DNA of 52,275 nt from Eubacteriales bacterium (GCA_045586225.1 JAZMZX010000127.1:1-52275); one strand, 5' to 3'. Positions 8,164-17,152 are shown, numbered from the stretch's first letter. Numbers and translations are program-made. Notes: generated from the sequence alone by a model not told the origin.

Positions 8164-8835
8164 ATGGAATCCAATAAGCGCAAAGGCTCCCGCGGCATCT
8201 ACGCCCGCTTTTTTAAGAGACTTTTTGATATAATACTTTCCGCAACGGTGCTTCTCACCTTCAGCTGGCTTTATCTCATTCTTATGATAATCGTCCGCAT
8301 CAAGATGGGCTCTCCCGTGTTCTACGGCTCCTTCCGCATCGGAAAGGACGAAAAGCCCTATAAGAATTATAAATTCAGAAGCATGACAAACGAGACCGAC
8401 GAAAACGGCGTGCTTCTTCCTTCCGCAAAGAGACTGACCAAATTCGGCAGACTCCTTCGCAGCACCAGCCTGGATGAGATACCCGCTATCTGGAACATTC
8501 TTAAGGGCGACCTGAGCTTCGTAGGCCCCCGTCCCATGCCCACAAAATACCTGCCTTATTTCCGCGAGGAAGAGCGCGCACGCCACGATATCCGTCCCGG
8601 TCTCACAGGCTGGGCGCAGGTAAACGGCAGAAACGCTATCTCCTGGGACGATAAGTTCAAGTATGACGTTGAATACGTTGAAAACGTGTCCCTTTTGTTT
8701 GATATCAAGGTCCTTTGCCTGACGGTAGTCAAGGTGCTCAAGCGCAGCGATATCATTCAGGACGACCAGCAGACGGCAAGCTTACATATCGTGAGAGCTG
8801 ATATGGTGAAAAACGAGGAAGAGGCGAAGGGCTGA
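8164..8835 (+). CDS. Small monotopic phosphoglycosyl (undecaprenyl-phosphate sugar) transferase, PglC/EpsL/WbaP-C-terminal type
   Basis: FKRLFDIILS...LILMIIVRIKMGSPVFY, YKFRSM and LDEIPAIWNILKGDLSFVGPRP are the hallmark bacterial sugar transferase motifs. Confidence 0.88.
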   Translation: MESNKRKGSRGIYARFFKRLFDIILSATVLLTFSWLYLILMIIVRIKMGSPVFYGSFRIGKDEKPYKNYKFRSMTNETDENGVLLPSAKRLTKFGRLLRSTSLDEIPAIWNILKGDLSFVGPRPMPTKYLPYFREEERARHDIRPGLTGWAQVNGRNAISWDDKFKYDVEYVENVSLLFDIKVLCLTVVKVLKRSDIIQDDQQTASLHIVRADMVKNEEEAKG

Positions 8836-8915
8836 TACCGGCCATAGGTGCCGCTGCGCACCGTTATCGCGGGGGAAGGATACCCCCGACAAAGACTGCC
8901 TTTTCAGAGGTTTAT

Positions 8916-9974
8916 ATGACACCCAGCGAAAAAGAGAAAAAAGAAATAGGAAGTGAATACTGGCTCACGGACAGCACCGAAGAGAGAGCCCCTGTTTGGG
9001 AGCGCTTTTCGGATGGGGAGCTTTTCGCCGAAAAGGAGTTTTACGTTTCCGGACGCTCCGCCCTTCACGGCATCATTTCCGATGTAAAAAAGGAGAGGGA
9101 ATGCAGGACCGCTTATCTGCCGTCCTACTGCTGCGATTCCATGGTGGCGCCCTTTCTTGACCACGGCATGACCGTGGAATTCTACAGCGTTATTCCCGAC
9201 AGCGGGATATGTTCGGTGATAGACGAACGTAAAAAATGCGACGTCGTGCTCACCGTTGACTATTTCGGATACGGCAGCGAAAGGTGCCCTCTGCCCGAGG
9301 CGGTCCACATACACGACGTGACCCATTCGCTTTTGTCCGGCTCTTGCCGCAACGACGCAGATTATATTTTCGGCAGTCTTCGAAAATGGGGAGCCGTTGC
9401 GGGAGCGGGCTTTGCCGCGAAGAGAAAGGGAAGCTTCCTCGTGCATCCCGAAAGAGGAGAGCACAGGGCGTTTCTTGAGCTTCGCCGCCGCGGCTACAGC
9501 CTGAAGGCTGATTACATCCTTAAGGGAGAGGGCGAGAAGTCTCCTTTCCTCGACGCTTTTTCAAGTGCGGAGGAGCTTTTGGATGAAGATTACGCAGGAT
9601 ACGCAGCCGACGCCGATTCGCTTCTGCAGGCGGAGGAGATCGGTGCCTGTGCCGAAAAAAGAAGAGAAAACGCAAAAAGACTGCTGGCGGCTCTTGGGAA
9701 TCTCCGATGTGTCACTCCCATATACGGGGAGGTGGGCGAGGAGTGCGTGCCTCTTTTCGTGCCCGTGCTTGTGAAGGACGGAAAAAGAGACGCGCTGCGG
9801 TCGTTCCTTATCAAAAACCGCGTGTACTGTCCCGTTCATTGGCCGCGCCACAGCGGGCTTGGCGGCGAGCTTTACGAAAATGAGCTGTCCCTTATCTGCG
9901 ACCAGCGCTACGGACCCGACGATATGGACAGGACTGCGGAGCTGATCACCGAATTTGAGGAAAGGTTTTGTTAA
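8916..9974 (+). CDS. Divergent DegT-like PLP-fold enzyme (second aminotransferase/dehydratase-like protein)
   Basis: GRSALHGIISD..., AYLPSYCCDSMVAPFLDHGMTVEFY and a candidate Schiff-base Lys in IFGSLRKWGAVAGAGF parallel the layout of the 6876 gene. Similarity is weak, so function is uncertain. Confidence 0.5.
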   Translation: MTPSEKEKKEIGSEYWLTDSTEERAPVWERFSDGELFAEKEFYVSGRSALHGIISDVKKERECRTAYLPSYCCDSMVAPFLDHGMTVEFYSVIPDSGICSVIDERKKCDVVLTVDYFGYGSERCPLPEAVHIHDVTHSLLSGSCRNDADYIFGSLRKWGAVAGAGFAAKRKGSFLVHPERGEHRAFLELRRRGYSLKADYILKGEGEKSPFLDAFSSAEELLDEDYAGYAADADSLLQAEEIGACAEKRRENAKRLLAALGNLRCVTPIYGEVGEECVPLFVPVLVKDGKRDALRSFLIKNRVYCPVHWPRHSGLGGELYENELSLICDQRYGPDDMDRTAELITEFEERFC

Positions 9975-9980
9975 ACTGAA

Positions 9981-10988
9981 ATGAAAGAAGATATAAGAGC
10001 GCTTCCCGACGTTTATTTTGCCCGCGCATACTGCGAGCTTTATGAATCCATCGAGAAGGGCACTGTGAATAAATTTGAATATGCCGATGAAAACGGCGCG
10101 GCGTCGAACATTTTTATGAAGCGCCCCGTGCCTTACACCGTCGACGGAGAGCAGTATTACGATATCGTCACCCCCTACGGCTACGGCGGCCCCGTCGTTA
10201 CCGAGGCAAAGGACAAGGAAGCCCTGCTTGAGGGCTACTGGCGCGCATGGACAGAATACTGCGAAAAGGAAAGGATCGTTTGCGAGTTCGTTCGCTTCCA
10301 CCCCCTCCTTCGCAACGACGTTGATTTCGGCAGCCGCTACAATGCCGTTAAAAACCGCCACACCCTGGCTATCGAGCTGACGGAGGACTTTTTCGCAACG
10401 CAGTTTTCCTCCAAGTGCCGCAACACTATACGCAAGGCGGAAAAGCTCGGCGTTACTTACGAGATAGACGAGGCCTGCGATTCCATCGAGACCTTCGCGG
10501 AAATATATTACAAAACGATGGCGAAGGATAATGCCGACGATTATTATTTCTTCGCTCTCGACTATTTTCTCAAAATGAGAGAGGAGCTTGCGGGAAGCCT
10601 CGTGCTTATAAACGCAAAGCTTGAAGGGAAGACAATTGCTTCCTCCCTCTTTATGCTGTCGGAGGAGTTCATGCACTATCACCTTTCGGCAACAGACCCC
10701 GAATACTACACCTACGCCGCAAACAACCTTGTTTTGAAGGTGGCGGCTGAGTGGGGATGCACCCACGGCAAAAAGTGGCTTCACCTTGGCGGCGGACTTT
10801 CCTCAAGTGAGGAGGATTCGCTCTTCAAGTTCAAGCGCTCCTTCGCAAGAGAAGACAGAAATCTCAAGGAATTCTGGCTCGGCAAAGCCCTCTACAATAA
10901 GGAAGTATACGATAAGCTCGTAGACATCCGCCGCGCAGAAGGCAACTTCGACGAGGAATCCGGCTTTTTCCCTAAATACCGCATATAA
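9981..10988 (+). CDS. FemAB-like / GNAT-fold (Acetyltransf_6-type) aminoacyl- or acyl-transferase
   Basis: YYDIVTPYGYGGP, EFVRFHPLL, MHYHLSATDPEY and FKFKRSF resemble the FemX/FemAB/MurM-related proteins found in polysaccharide loci. Confidence 0.6.
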   Translation: MKEDIRALPDVYFARAYCELYESIEKGTVNKFEYADENGAASNIFMKRPVPYTVDGEQYYDIVTPYGYGGPVVTEAKDKEALLEGYWRAWTEYCEKERIVCEFVRFHPLLRNDVDFGSRYNAVKNRHTLAIELTEDFFATQFSSKCRNTIRKAEKLGVTYEIDEACDSIETFAEIYYKTMAKDNADDYYFFALDYFLKMREELAGSLVLINAKLEGKTIASSLFMLSEEFMHYHLSATDPEYYTYAANNLVLKVAAEWGCTHGKKWLHLGGGLSSSEEDSLFKFKRSFAREDRNLKEFWLGKALYNKEVYDKLVDIRRAEGNFDEESGFFPKYRI

Positions 10989-11020
10989 AAGTAACACACG
11001 TTAAAGGAGATAAGTTTTCT

Positions 11021-12295
11021 ATGTCAAAAGAGAAAAACTTGCCCGTAATATTGACTGACGACTCTCCGATCAAGATGCTTTTAGATAAGATTTTTGCTGC
11101 CATTCTGGCGCTTTGCCCCATCCTCCAGCATTATGACTGCATCATCAAGGATGCGGGAACGGTTTTCATGGCCGTTGCCTTCTGCTATTTTGGTATTCAA
11201 CTCCTGAGGGCAAAAAGGTGGCACTTCGGTATCGTGCTTCCGCTCGTGGCGATGAGCCTTTACGAAATAGTGAATCATGGAACGGGAGTTATGGAGATCG
11301 CCCGTGAAGCACTTCTTATCGGATATTTTGTTGCCGCTGCAAGCGGAGTCGTCAATTTCAAGTATTATGTGAAGGCTGCAACTTGCGTTGCCTTTTCCGC
11401 AGGCGCGCTTCTGGTGGTGCAGTACGTGTGCTACTACGCACTCGGATTCCATCTGCAGCTTGTGAACACCGCGTGGCTTGACAGCGGTGCAGAGCAGTGG
11501 GTGCTGCTTGCCGAAACGGGTCGCATCAGCGTGACTGGAAAGCCTATGAGCTTTTACAGACCCTCGGCCTTTTTCCTTGAGCCGTCTCACCTGACGCTTT
11601 ACACCTTCCCGCTGCTTGGACTGTCGGTCCTTTCCCCGAAAATGGACTTGAAGCGCATTATCGTCGCTTCCGTTCTTAGCCTCAGCATTATACTTTCAAC
11701 GTCCGGAATGGGAATTGCTATCGTGTTTGGCTTCTGGGGTCTTTACCTTGTGAGACATCTTATGGGAGACGGTGATCTCCGCCGGCGTATCAAAACCCTG
11801 TTCCGCCCGAAAAACCTTGTCTGGATATTTGGGCTGATCCTCATCTTCGGCGGGCTTTATGCATTCTTTGAGCCCTTCCGAATGAGCGTGAACCGTATCT
11901 TTTCCTCTGCAAACGGCAAAAATGCCATCGAGGGACGTATGGGCACGGGAATTTCCGCCATCAAATCGCTTTCAGGTGTGGAATTCTGGCTCGGCAAATC
12001 CGATTGGGGCAACGTACATAAGTGGAACATGGCAGGCTTCTTCTATACGTTCTACACTCAGGGCTTCATCGGTGTGCTCCTTTCCTTCGGATTCTACGTT
12101 TACACGCTTATCAAAACGAAGGATGCTTATTTCTGGCTGGCATTTATCGTTATAGGTCTTTCCCTGATCACTATCCACACGCATGCAGCATTTTATATGA
12201 TGTACTACGTGATGATCATGCTCGGCGGCCACGATCTGACGAAGGATAAGCTTTACATTCCGAATTTCTTCATCCGGAAGAAGGCGGATCAGTGA
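11021..12295 (+). CDS. Polytopic membrane protein, putative Wzy-type repeat-unit polymerase / O-antigen-ligase-like
   Basis: About 10-12 predicted TM segments, no soluble domain, and a position between modifying enzymes and the flippase. The assignment rests on context and topology only. Confidence 0.5.
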   Translation: MSKEKNLPVILTDDSPIKMLLDKIFAAILALCPILQHYDCIIKDAGTVFMAVAFCYFGIQLLRAKRWHFGIVLPLVAMSLYEIVNHGTGVMEIAREALLIGYFVAAASGVVNFKYYVKAATCVAFSAGALLVVQYVCYYALGFHLQLVNTAWLDSGAEQWVLLAETGRISVTGKPMSFYRPSAFFLEPSHLTLYTFPLLGLSVLSPKMDLKRIIVASVLSLSIILSTSGMGIAIVFGFWGLYLVRHLMGDGDLRRRIKTLFRPKNLVWIFGLILIFGGLYAFFEPFRMSVNRIFSSANGKNAIEGRMGTGISAIKSLSGVEFWLGKSDWGNVHKWNMAGFFYTFYTQGFIGVLLSFGFYVYTLIKTKDAYFWLAFIVIGLSLITIHTHAAFYMMYYVMIMLGGHDLTKDKLYIPNFFIRKKADQ

Positions 12296-12321
12296 CCGAC
12301 TTGCTTTCTTGAGGTATTATA

Positions 12322-13770
12322 ATGGATTCAAATCAGAAAAGAGGCAGCACGGGTCTTGCGCTGAAGGCGGGATTCTGGTACGTGGTCAGCAATTTCCTCG
12401 TGCGTGCCATGGGCTTTTTGACGACTCCCATATTCTCGCGCCTTATGAGCAAGGCGGATTACGGCGAGTTTTCAAACTATGCGAGCTGGCAGGCTATGCT
12501 TATCATCATAACCGGTGCCGAGCTTCACTCAACGCTCGCAAGAGCATATTACGATTTCAAGGAAGATTACGATAAATATATATCCACGGTAACAGCGGCA
12601 AGCTGCGGCATCACGTCGGTGGTATACATCTTCTTCCTGCTTTCGCGAGGCTGGATATACAGTATCGTTTCTATCCCCGAAAGATTCGTGCACGTTCTGT
12701 TTTTCACGCTTATGTTCCAGGCCTGCAAGTCAATTTATCTTGCAAGGGAAAGAACGTACTACAGATATAAGTCCGTTGCCGTTATTTCGGTGTTCAATCT
12801 TCTCATTCCCACGCTCATATCGGTTTTCCTCGTTATGTTCGTGGAGGAGACACAGAGGCTGGGAGCCCGTATATACGGCTTCTACCTTCCCTCAGCCGTT
12901 ATAGGACTTGGCTGCGCCCTGCTCATGCTGATGAGGGGCAGGTCATTTGAGCTGAAATACTGCAAATACGCATTCAGGCTTTCGATTCCCCTTCTGGTGC
13001 ACTATTTCACAGCGCACCTTCTCACCTCCACCAACACTATCGTGACAAAGAACGTGCTTGGCGCGGAAGCGGTTTCCGTTGTGAGCCTTGCCTCCAGCGC
13101 AAATCACATCCTCACGATACTTCTCACGTCTCTGTCCGGTGCTGTCACTACCTGGCTTATGGACAATATGGAGCAGGGAAACGTGAAGGCCACAAGACGC
13201 GGCACGCTTTTCTACGTTGGCGGCATATCTCTCGTTGCTGTGGGCGTTATCCTTCTTTCACCTGAGGTCGTGTGGATACTGGGCGGCAAGGCCTATGCAT
13301 CCTCAACGGCGCTTATGCCCGGAATGGTCGTGTCGGCGCTTATCCAGTCTGTGACGACCATATACACCATTATGCTGACATATCAGAAGAGAGTGGTAAA
13401 GACCGCGCTCTACACCACGGTGGTTGCTGTTATCTGTATTCTGGCAAAGGTCTTCCTGCTTCCCGTGTACGGTGTTATGGTGCTCCCCTTTATCAATATG
13501 GCATGCTTCGCCATCCTTTATTTCGTGAACTATATCCTTGTCCGCAGAAGCGGATGCGGAAAGTACGTGAACTTCAAGGGCATCACGGCGATACTGCTTA
13601 TCATCTGCTTCGTTATGGCGGGCAGCTATTATCTCTATGAGCATACCGTTATCAGGTATGCCGTTATCGCGGCTATGGCGGTGGTGGCGCTTACCATTAT
13701 GTATAAATACCGTGCCGTCATCATCAAGCTCGTTAAATCAAAATTCAAAAAGAAAAAAACTAACGTTTAA
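12322..13770 (+). CDS. Wzx-type oligosaccharide flippase (MOP/polysaccharide biosynthesis protein family)
   Basis: Typical N-terminus (AGFWYVVSNFLVRAMGFLTTPIFSRLMSKADYGEF), about 12-14 TMs and 482 aa. Confidence 0.8.
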   Translation: MDSNQKRGSTGLALKAGFWYVVSNFLVRAMGFLTTPIFSRLMSKADYGEFSNYASWQAMLIIITGAELHSTLARAYYDFKEDYDKYISTVTAASCGITSVVYIFFLLSRGWIYSIVSIPERFVHVLFFTLMFQACKSIYLARERTYYRYKSVAVISVFNLLIPTLISVFLVMFVEETQRLGARIYGFYLPSAVIGLGCALLMLMRGRSFELKYCKYAFRLSIPLLVHYFTAHLLTSTNTIVTKNVLGAEAVSVVSLASSANHILTILLTSLSGAVTTWLMDNMEQGNVKATRRGTLFYVGGISLVAVGVILLSPEVVWILGGKAYASSTALMPGMVVSALIQSVTTIYTIMLTYQKRVVKTALYTTVVAVICILAKVFLLPVYGVMVLPFINMACFAILYFVNYILVRRSGCGKYVNFKGITAILLIICFVMAGSYYLYEHTVIRYAVIAAMAVVALTIMYKYRAVIIKLVKSKFKKKKTNV

Positions 13771-13787
13771 TATACGGAGGAATTATT

Positions 13788-14021
13788 ATGTCTATCAAAG
13801 AACAGGTCAACAGCATTCTTAAAGCAATAAAGCCCACGAAGGATCTTTCCTCGGTCGAGGATATTATCGAGGGCGGCTATCTCGATTCCTTTGAGCTTAT
13901 GGCTCTTATCGCTCAGCTGGGCGAGGAATTTTCCGTTGAGATCGGCGTGGATGAGATCGTTCCCGAGAACTTCAATTCCGTTGACGCCATTGCAGCCATG
14001 ATCGAAAACCTCAAGGGCTGA
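13788..14021 (+). CDS. Acyl/aminoacyl carrier protein (DltC-like)
   Basis: 77 aa. IEGGYLDSFELMALIAQLGEEF contains the phosphopantetheine Ser in an LDSF context as in D-alanyl carrier proteins. GGAGG RBS. Confidence 0.75.
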   Translation: MSIKEQVNSILKAIKPTKDLSSVEDIIEGGYLDSFELMALIAQLGEEFSVEIGVDEIVPENFNSVDAIAAMIENLKG

Positions 14022-14045
14022 GCCGAATAAAGGAGAATCCGAAAA

Positions 14046-14609
14046 ATGAGAGCTGACAGACTTTATCACAGCGTCCGCCTTTTGCTCCTGAGAAGACCTG
14101 CAAAAAGAGCGGCATATCTGAAAAAGCACGACATCCTCGGCGCTATCGGTGATAACTGCAAATGGGGCCCCTGGCTCCTTCCCCTTTACCCCAAGCTTAT
14201 CAAGCTGGGCAATAACGTTCACGTTCACAAAACGGCGAAGCTGGTCACTCACGATATGCTCAACAGCTTTCTGAAGACCCGTAACCCTAACGATGACTTT
14301 GGCTACAGAGAAAAGCTTGGCTGCATTGAGCTTATGGATAACGTTTACATCTCCATGAACGTTACCGTTATGAACGATGTGCGCATCAATAAGGACTGCA
14401 TTATCTCTGCGGGAAGCGTCGTTACCTCTGACATCCCCGAGAATTCCGTTGCTTCCGGTATCCCCGCGAAGCCTACCGGCAGATTCGATATGTTTCTTGC
14501 CCTCAGAAGAATGAGCAAGGGCCAGCGCGTTACCTTCAAAAATCAGGAACTGCCCGACGAGCTTGCTGAGGAGGAATGGTCCCGCTTTGCAAAGCGCCGT
14601 GATAAATAA
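14046..14609 (+). CDS. Left-handed beta-helix (hexapeptide-repeat) acyl/acetyltransferase
   Basis: Imperfect hexapeptide turns (IKLGNNVHVHKTAKL, IELMDNVYISMNVTVMNDVRINKDCIISAGSVVTSDIPENSVASGIPAK). Confidence 0.75.
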   Translation: MRADRLYHSVRLLLLRRPAKRAAYLKKHDILGAIGDNCKWGPWLLPLYPKLIKLGNNVHVHKTAKLVTHDMLNSFLKTRNPNDDFGYREKLGCIELMDNVYISMNVTVMNDVRINKDCIISAGSVVTSDIPENSVASGIPAKPTGRFDMFLALRRMSKGQRVTFKNQELPDELAEEEWSRFAKRRDK

Positions 14610-14636
14610 GCTCTTTTCGGAGGAATTAAGATCATT

Positions 14637-16088
14637 ATGCGTTCTATAGTAAAAAGCATCTACGATCACAGTATCAATTATCCCGATAAAAAGGCCATAA
14701 TCGCCCTCGACACCACGGTGGACTATAAGACACTTTGGCCGATGGTGAAGGGAATGGCAAAGCTTTTGCTCGACCGCGGCCTGAAAAAGGGCGACAGAGT
14801 TATCCTCGAGGCAAATCACACCGTTGAATTCCTCGTTATGTGCTATGGCATCCATCTTGCGGGCGGCGTTCACGTTCCCGTTGAATTCAATGCTCCCAAG
14901 GAACGCGTTTCCGATATAAGCCGCGAGATCGAGCCTTCCATGGTGTTCACCGGCGAGCATCCCCTGGAGGCTTTCGGCATCACCCTTGAAGGACTTTTGA
15001 GCGTTGAATGCGGCGAGCCTGAATTTCCTACGGAGGATATGCTTCAGGAGATCCTTTTCACAACGGGTACCACCGGTAAGTCCAAGGGCGTTATGATAAC
15101 GCACTACGGACAGATGAACATGTGCGAATCCCAGAACGCGGTGCTCAACTACAGCGTCGACAACGTGTGGCTAATTCCCACGCCCATGAACCACGCAGCA
15201 GGTCTCCGCAAGACCCATATGTCTATGGTCCGCGGCAGCACTGTCCTGCTTATGAACGGCTTTACGAATCTCAAGCTTTTCTTTGCGAACATCAGAGATC
15301 ACGGTGTGACGTCCATATACCTGCCTCCGGCAGGCGTGCACTACATTCTTATGCTCGCCTCCAAGGAGCTTGCAAAGTACGACGGTCAGCTGGATTTCCT
15401 TTATTCAAGCTCCTCGGCGCTTCCCGGCGGAGACAAGGAAAAGCTGATATCTCTGCTCCCCTCCGTGCGTAAATTCGATGCATACGGCGGCTCCGAGGTA
15501 GGAGCTGTATGCTATATTGACTATAATTCTGTGACCGGAAACACCAAGTGTGTAGGCAAGGCAAACCCCGGTGTGGATATCTTCATTGTGGACGAACATT
15601 ACAACAAGATCGACGCAACCCCCGAGAATCCCGGCATTATCGCGATAAAGAGCAACACCGTTACCGCGGGCTACTGGAACGAGCCTGAAATGACGGCGAA
15701 CACCATCCGCGACGGCATCATCTATATGACGGACCTGGGCTATATCGAGGACGGATATCTCTATCTCGTAGGCCGCCGCGACGACGTTATAAACGTGGGC
15801 GGTCTGAAGATCGCTCCCACAGAGGTGGAGGATATCGCCCTCCGTCATCCTATGGTGAACGAATGCGTCTGCATCCCTTACGAGGATAAAATATACGGCA
15901 GAGTGGTGAAAATGCTCGTGACCCTGAACGATGGCTACGAGCTTGATCCCGAGGCTCTCGCAGATTATCTCGGTGAGAATCTGGAGGCTTATAAGATCCC
16001 CAAGTATATCGAAAGAGTGGATTCTATCCCGCGCACCTTTAACGGAAAGATAGACCGCAAAAAGATAATTGCAGAGCAGCAGAAATAA
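14637..16088 (+). CDS. Adenylate-forming enzyme (AMP-dependent ligase, DltA/acyl-carrier-protein ligase-like)
   Basis: AMP-binding core motifs FTTGTTGKSKGVMITH, YGGSEVG, GYLYLVGRRDDVINVGGLKIAPTEVE and the C-terminal GKIDRKK. Confidence 0.85.
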   Translation: MRSIVKSIYDHSINYPDKKAIIALDTTVDYKTLWPMVKGMAKLLLDRGLKKGDRVILEANHTVEFLVMCYGIHLAGGVHVPVEFNAPKERVSDISREIEPSMVFTGEHPLEAFGITLEGLLSVECGEPEFPTEDMLQEILFTTGTTGKSKGVMITHYGQMNMCESQNAVLNYSVDNVWLIPTPMNHAAGLRKTHMSMVRGSTVLLMNGFTNLKLFFANIRDHGVTSIYLPPAGVHYILMLASKELAKYDGQLDFLYSSSSALPGGDKEKLISLLPSVRKFDAYGGSEVGAVCYIDYNSVTGNTKCVGKANPGVDIFIVDEHYNKIDATPENPGIIAIKSNTVTAGYWNEPEMTANTIRDGIIYMTDLGYIEDGYLYLVGRRDDVINVGGLKIAPTEVEDIALRHPMVNECVCIPYEDKIYGRVVKMLVTLNDGYELDPEALADYLGENLEAYKIPKYIERVDSIPRTFNGKIDRKKIIAEQQK

Positions 16089-16091
16089 GCG

Positions 16092-16125
16092 AAAAAAAGC
16101 ACCCCTTTACGGGGTGCTTTTTTTG
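16092..16125. terminator. Bidirectional rho-independent terminator
   Basis: agcacccc (16098-16105) pairs with ggggtgct (16111-16118), with an A-run before and a T-run after. It lies between convergent genes. Confidence 0.85.
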
Positions 16126-16126
16126 A

Positions 16127-17032
16127 TTATTCTTCGATTCTCTGCAAAAGCTTTGCCGCATATTCGGCATATTCGGAAACGAATTGACCGCGGCGGCGCA
16201 CGATGGCGGGGCGGCGGAGATAATGGTCGTTTTCAAGCCTGAAAACGGTGATGTTTTCGTCGAAGGTCTCGTTGCTCACAAACTGCAGCGGCAGAAGCGT
16301 GGCGCCGATGCCGGTGTTTGCCATAGCCCACGCGGTGGCAACTCCCACCACCTCCATAACGACGTTGGGCGTGAAGTCTGCGGCGGTGCAGAGCTTGTCG
16401 AGAAGCTGACGCATCTCCTGATTATGTCCCACCGCGATGAAGGGAAGATCTTTGCAGTCTCTTATATCGATAGAGGAACCGTCTTTGCGGCTGCTTTCGG
16501 GGATAAGGTCAAGAAGCTGATTCGGCACTGCAAGCACGATGGTGTCGGGCTCGAGAGGGGTAACCTCCAGAAGGGATTCGTCAACGGGCAGATTCACGAT
16601 GGCAAAATCGTATTTGCCCTCAGCCGCCTCGCGGCGAAGATTGTCGCTTCCCGTTTCGTGGAGGCATATCTGAATGCCGGGATACCTTTGCCTCAGCTTT
16701 TTCACAACGTCGGTGACGAGATAAAGGCTTCGGAAGGGGGATATGCCGATAACGAGACGGCCCGCCTCGCCGGAGCGATATTTATCCATTGAGCGCATAA
16801 GCTGGTCTTCCTTATATAAAAGCTCCTGAGCCTCGCGAACAAAGTGCTCGCCTGCGGGAGTCATTCTCAGCGGATTTGAGTTTCTGTCGAAGAGCTTAAC
16901 GCCGAGCTCGTGCTCAAGATTCAATATTTGCTTGCTCAGCGCAGGCTGAGTGATGTTGAGCTTTTCCGCAACCTGCGAAAAATTGCGCACCTGCGAGAGC
17001 AGGATCACGTACTGAAACTGTCGGGAATTCAA
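16127..17032 (-). CDS. LysR-family transcriptional regulator
   Basis: N-terminal wHTH (FQYVILLSQVRNFSQVAEKLNITQPALSKQILNLEHELGVKLFDR) and a C-terminal substrate-binding fold. TTG start with a GGAG RBS. Confidence 0.9.
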   Translation of the reverse strand: MNSRQFQYVILLSQVRNFSQVAEKLNITQPALSKQILNLEHELGVKLFDRNSNPLRMTPAGEHFVREAQELLYKEDQLMRSMDKYRSGEAGRLVIGISPFRSLYLVTDVVKKLRQRYPGIQICLHETGSDNLRREAAEGKYDFAIVNLPVDESLLEVTPLEPDTIVLAVPNQLLDLIPESSRKDGSSIDIRDCKDLPFIAVGHNQEMRQLLDKLCTAADFTPNVVMEVVGVATAWAMANTGIGATLLPLQFVSNETFDENITVFRLENDHYLRRPAIVRRRGQFVSEYAEYAAKLLQRIEE

Positions 17033-17124
17033 ACTATATACTCCTGAAAATTAATTACTTATATTAGCATACAATCAGCCCTGAAAAAATGCAAGAGTTT
17101 GTGAAAAAATATTTGTTCTCACGG

Positions 17125-17152
17125 TTGACAAATAAAATTTATCTGCTATAAT
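17125..17152 (+). promoter_or_regulatory. Sigma-70-type promoter of the DctM-like permease gene
   Basis: TTGACA (17125-17130), 16-nt spacer, TATAAT (17147-17152). It is divergent from the LysR gene. Confidence 0.55.

Noticed and set aside
13767-15104. Long antisense ORFs. This 445-aa ORF is one example. Others are 916..1788, 4259..5251, 5684..6706, 6891..8198, 9561..10784, 22556..23575, 27937..28908, 32125..33297, 35819..36649, 40132..40932, 45566..46480 and 50996..51970.
   Set aside because: Each lies entirely opposite a gene with clear family motifs, an RBS and a terminator. Their products are low-complexity (Gly/Ala/Arg/His-rich) with no recognisable motif or RBS. They are typical shadow ORFs of codon-biased, GC-leaning genes.
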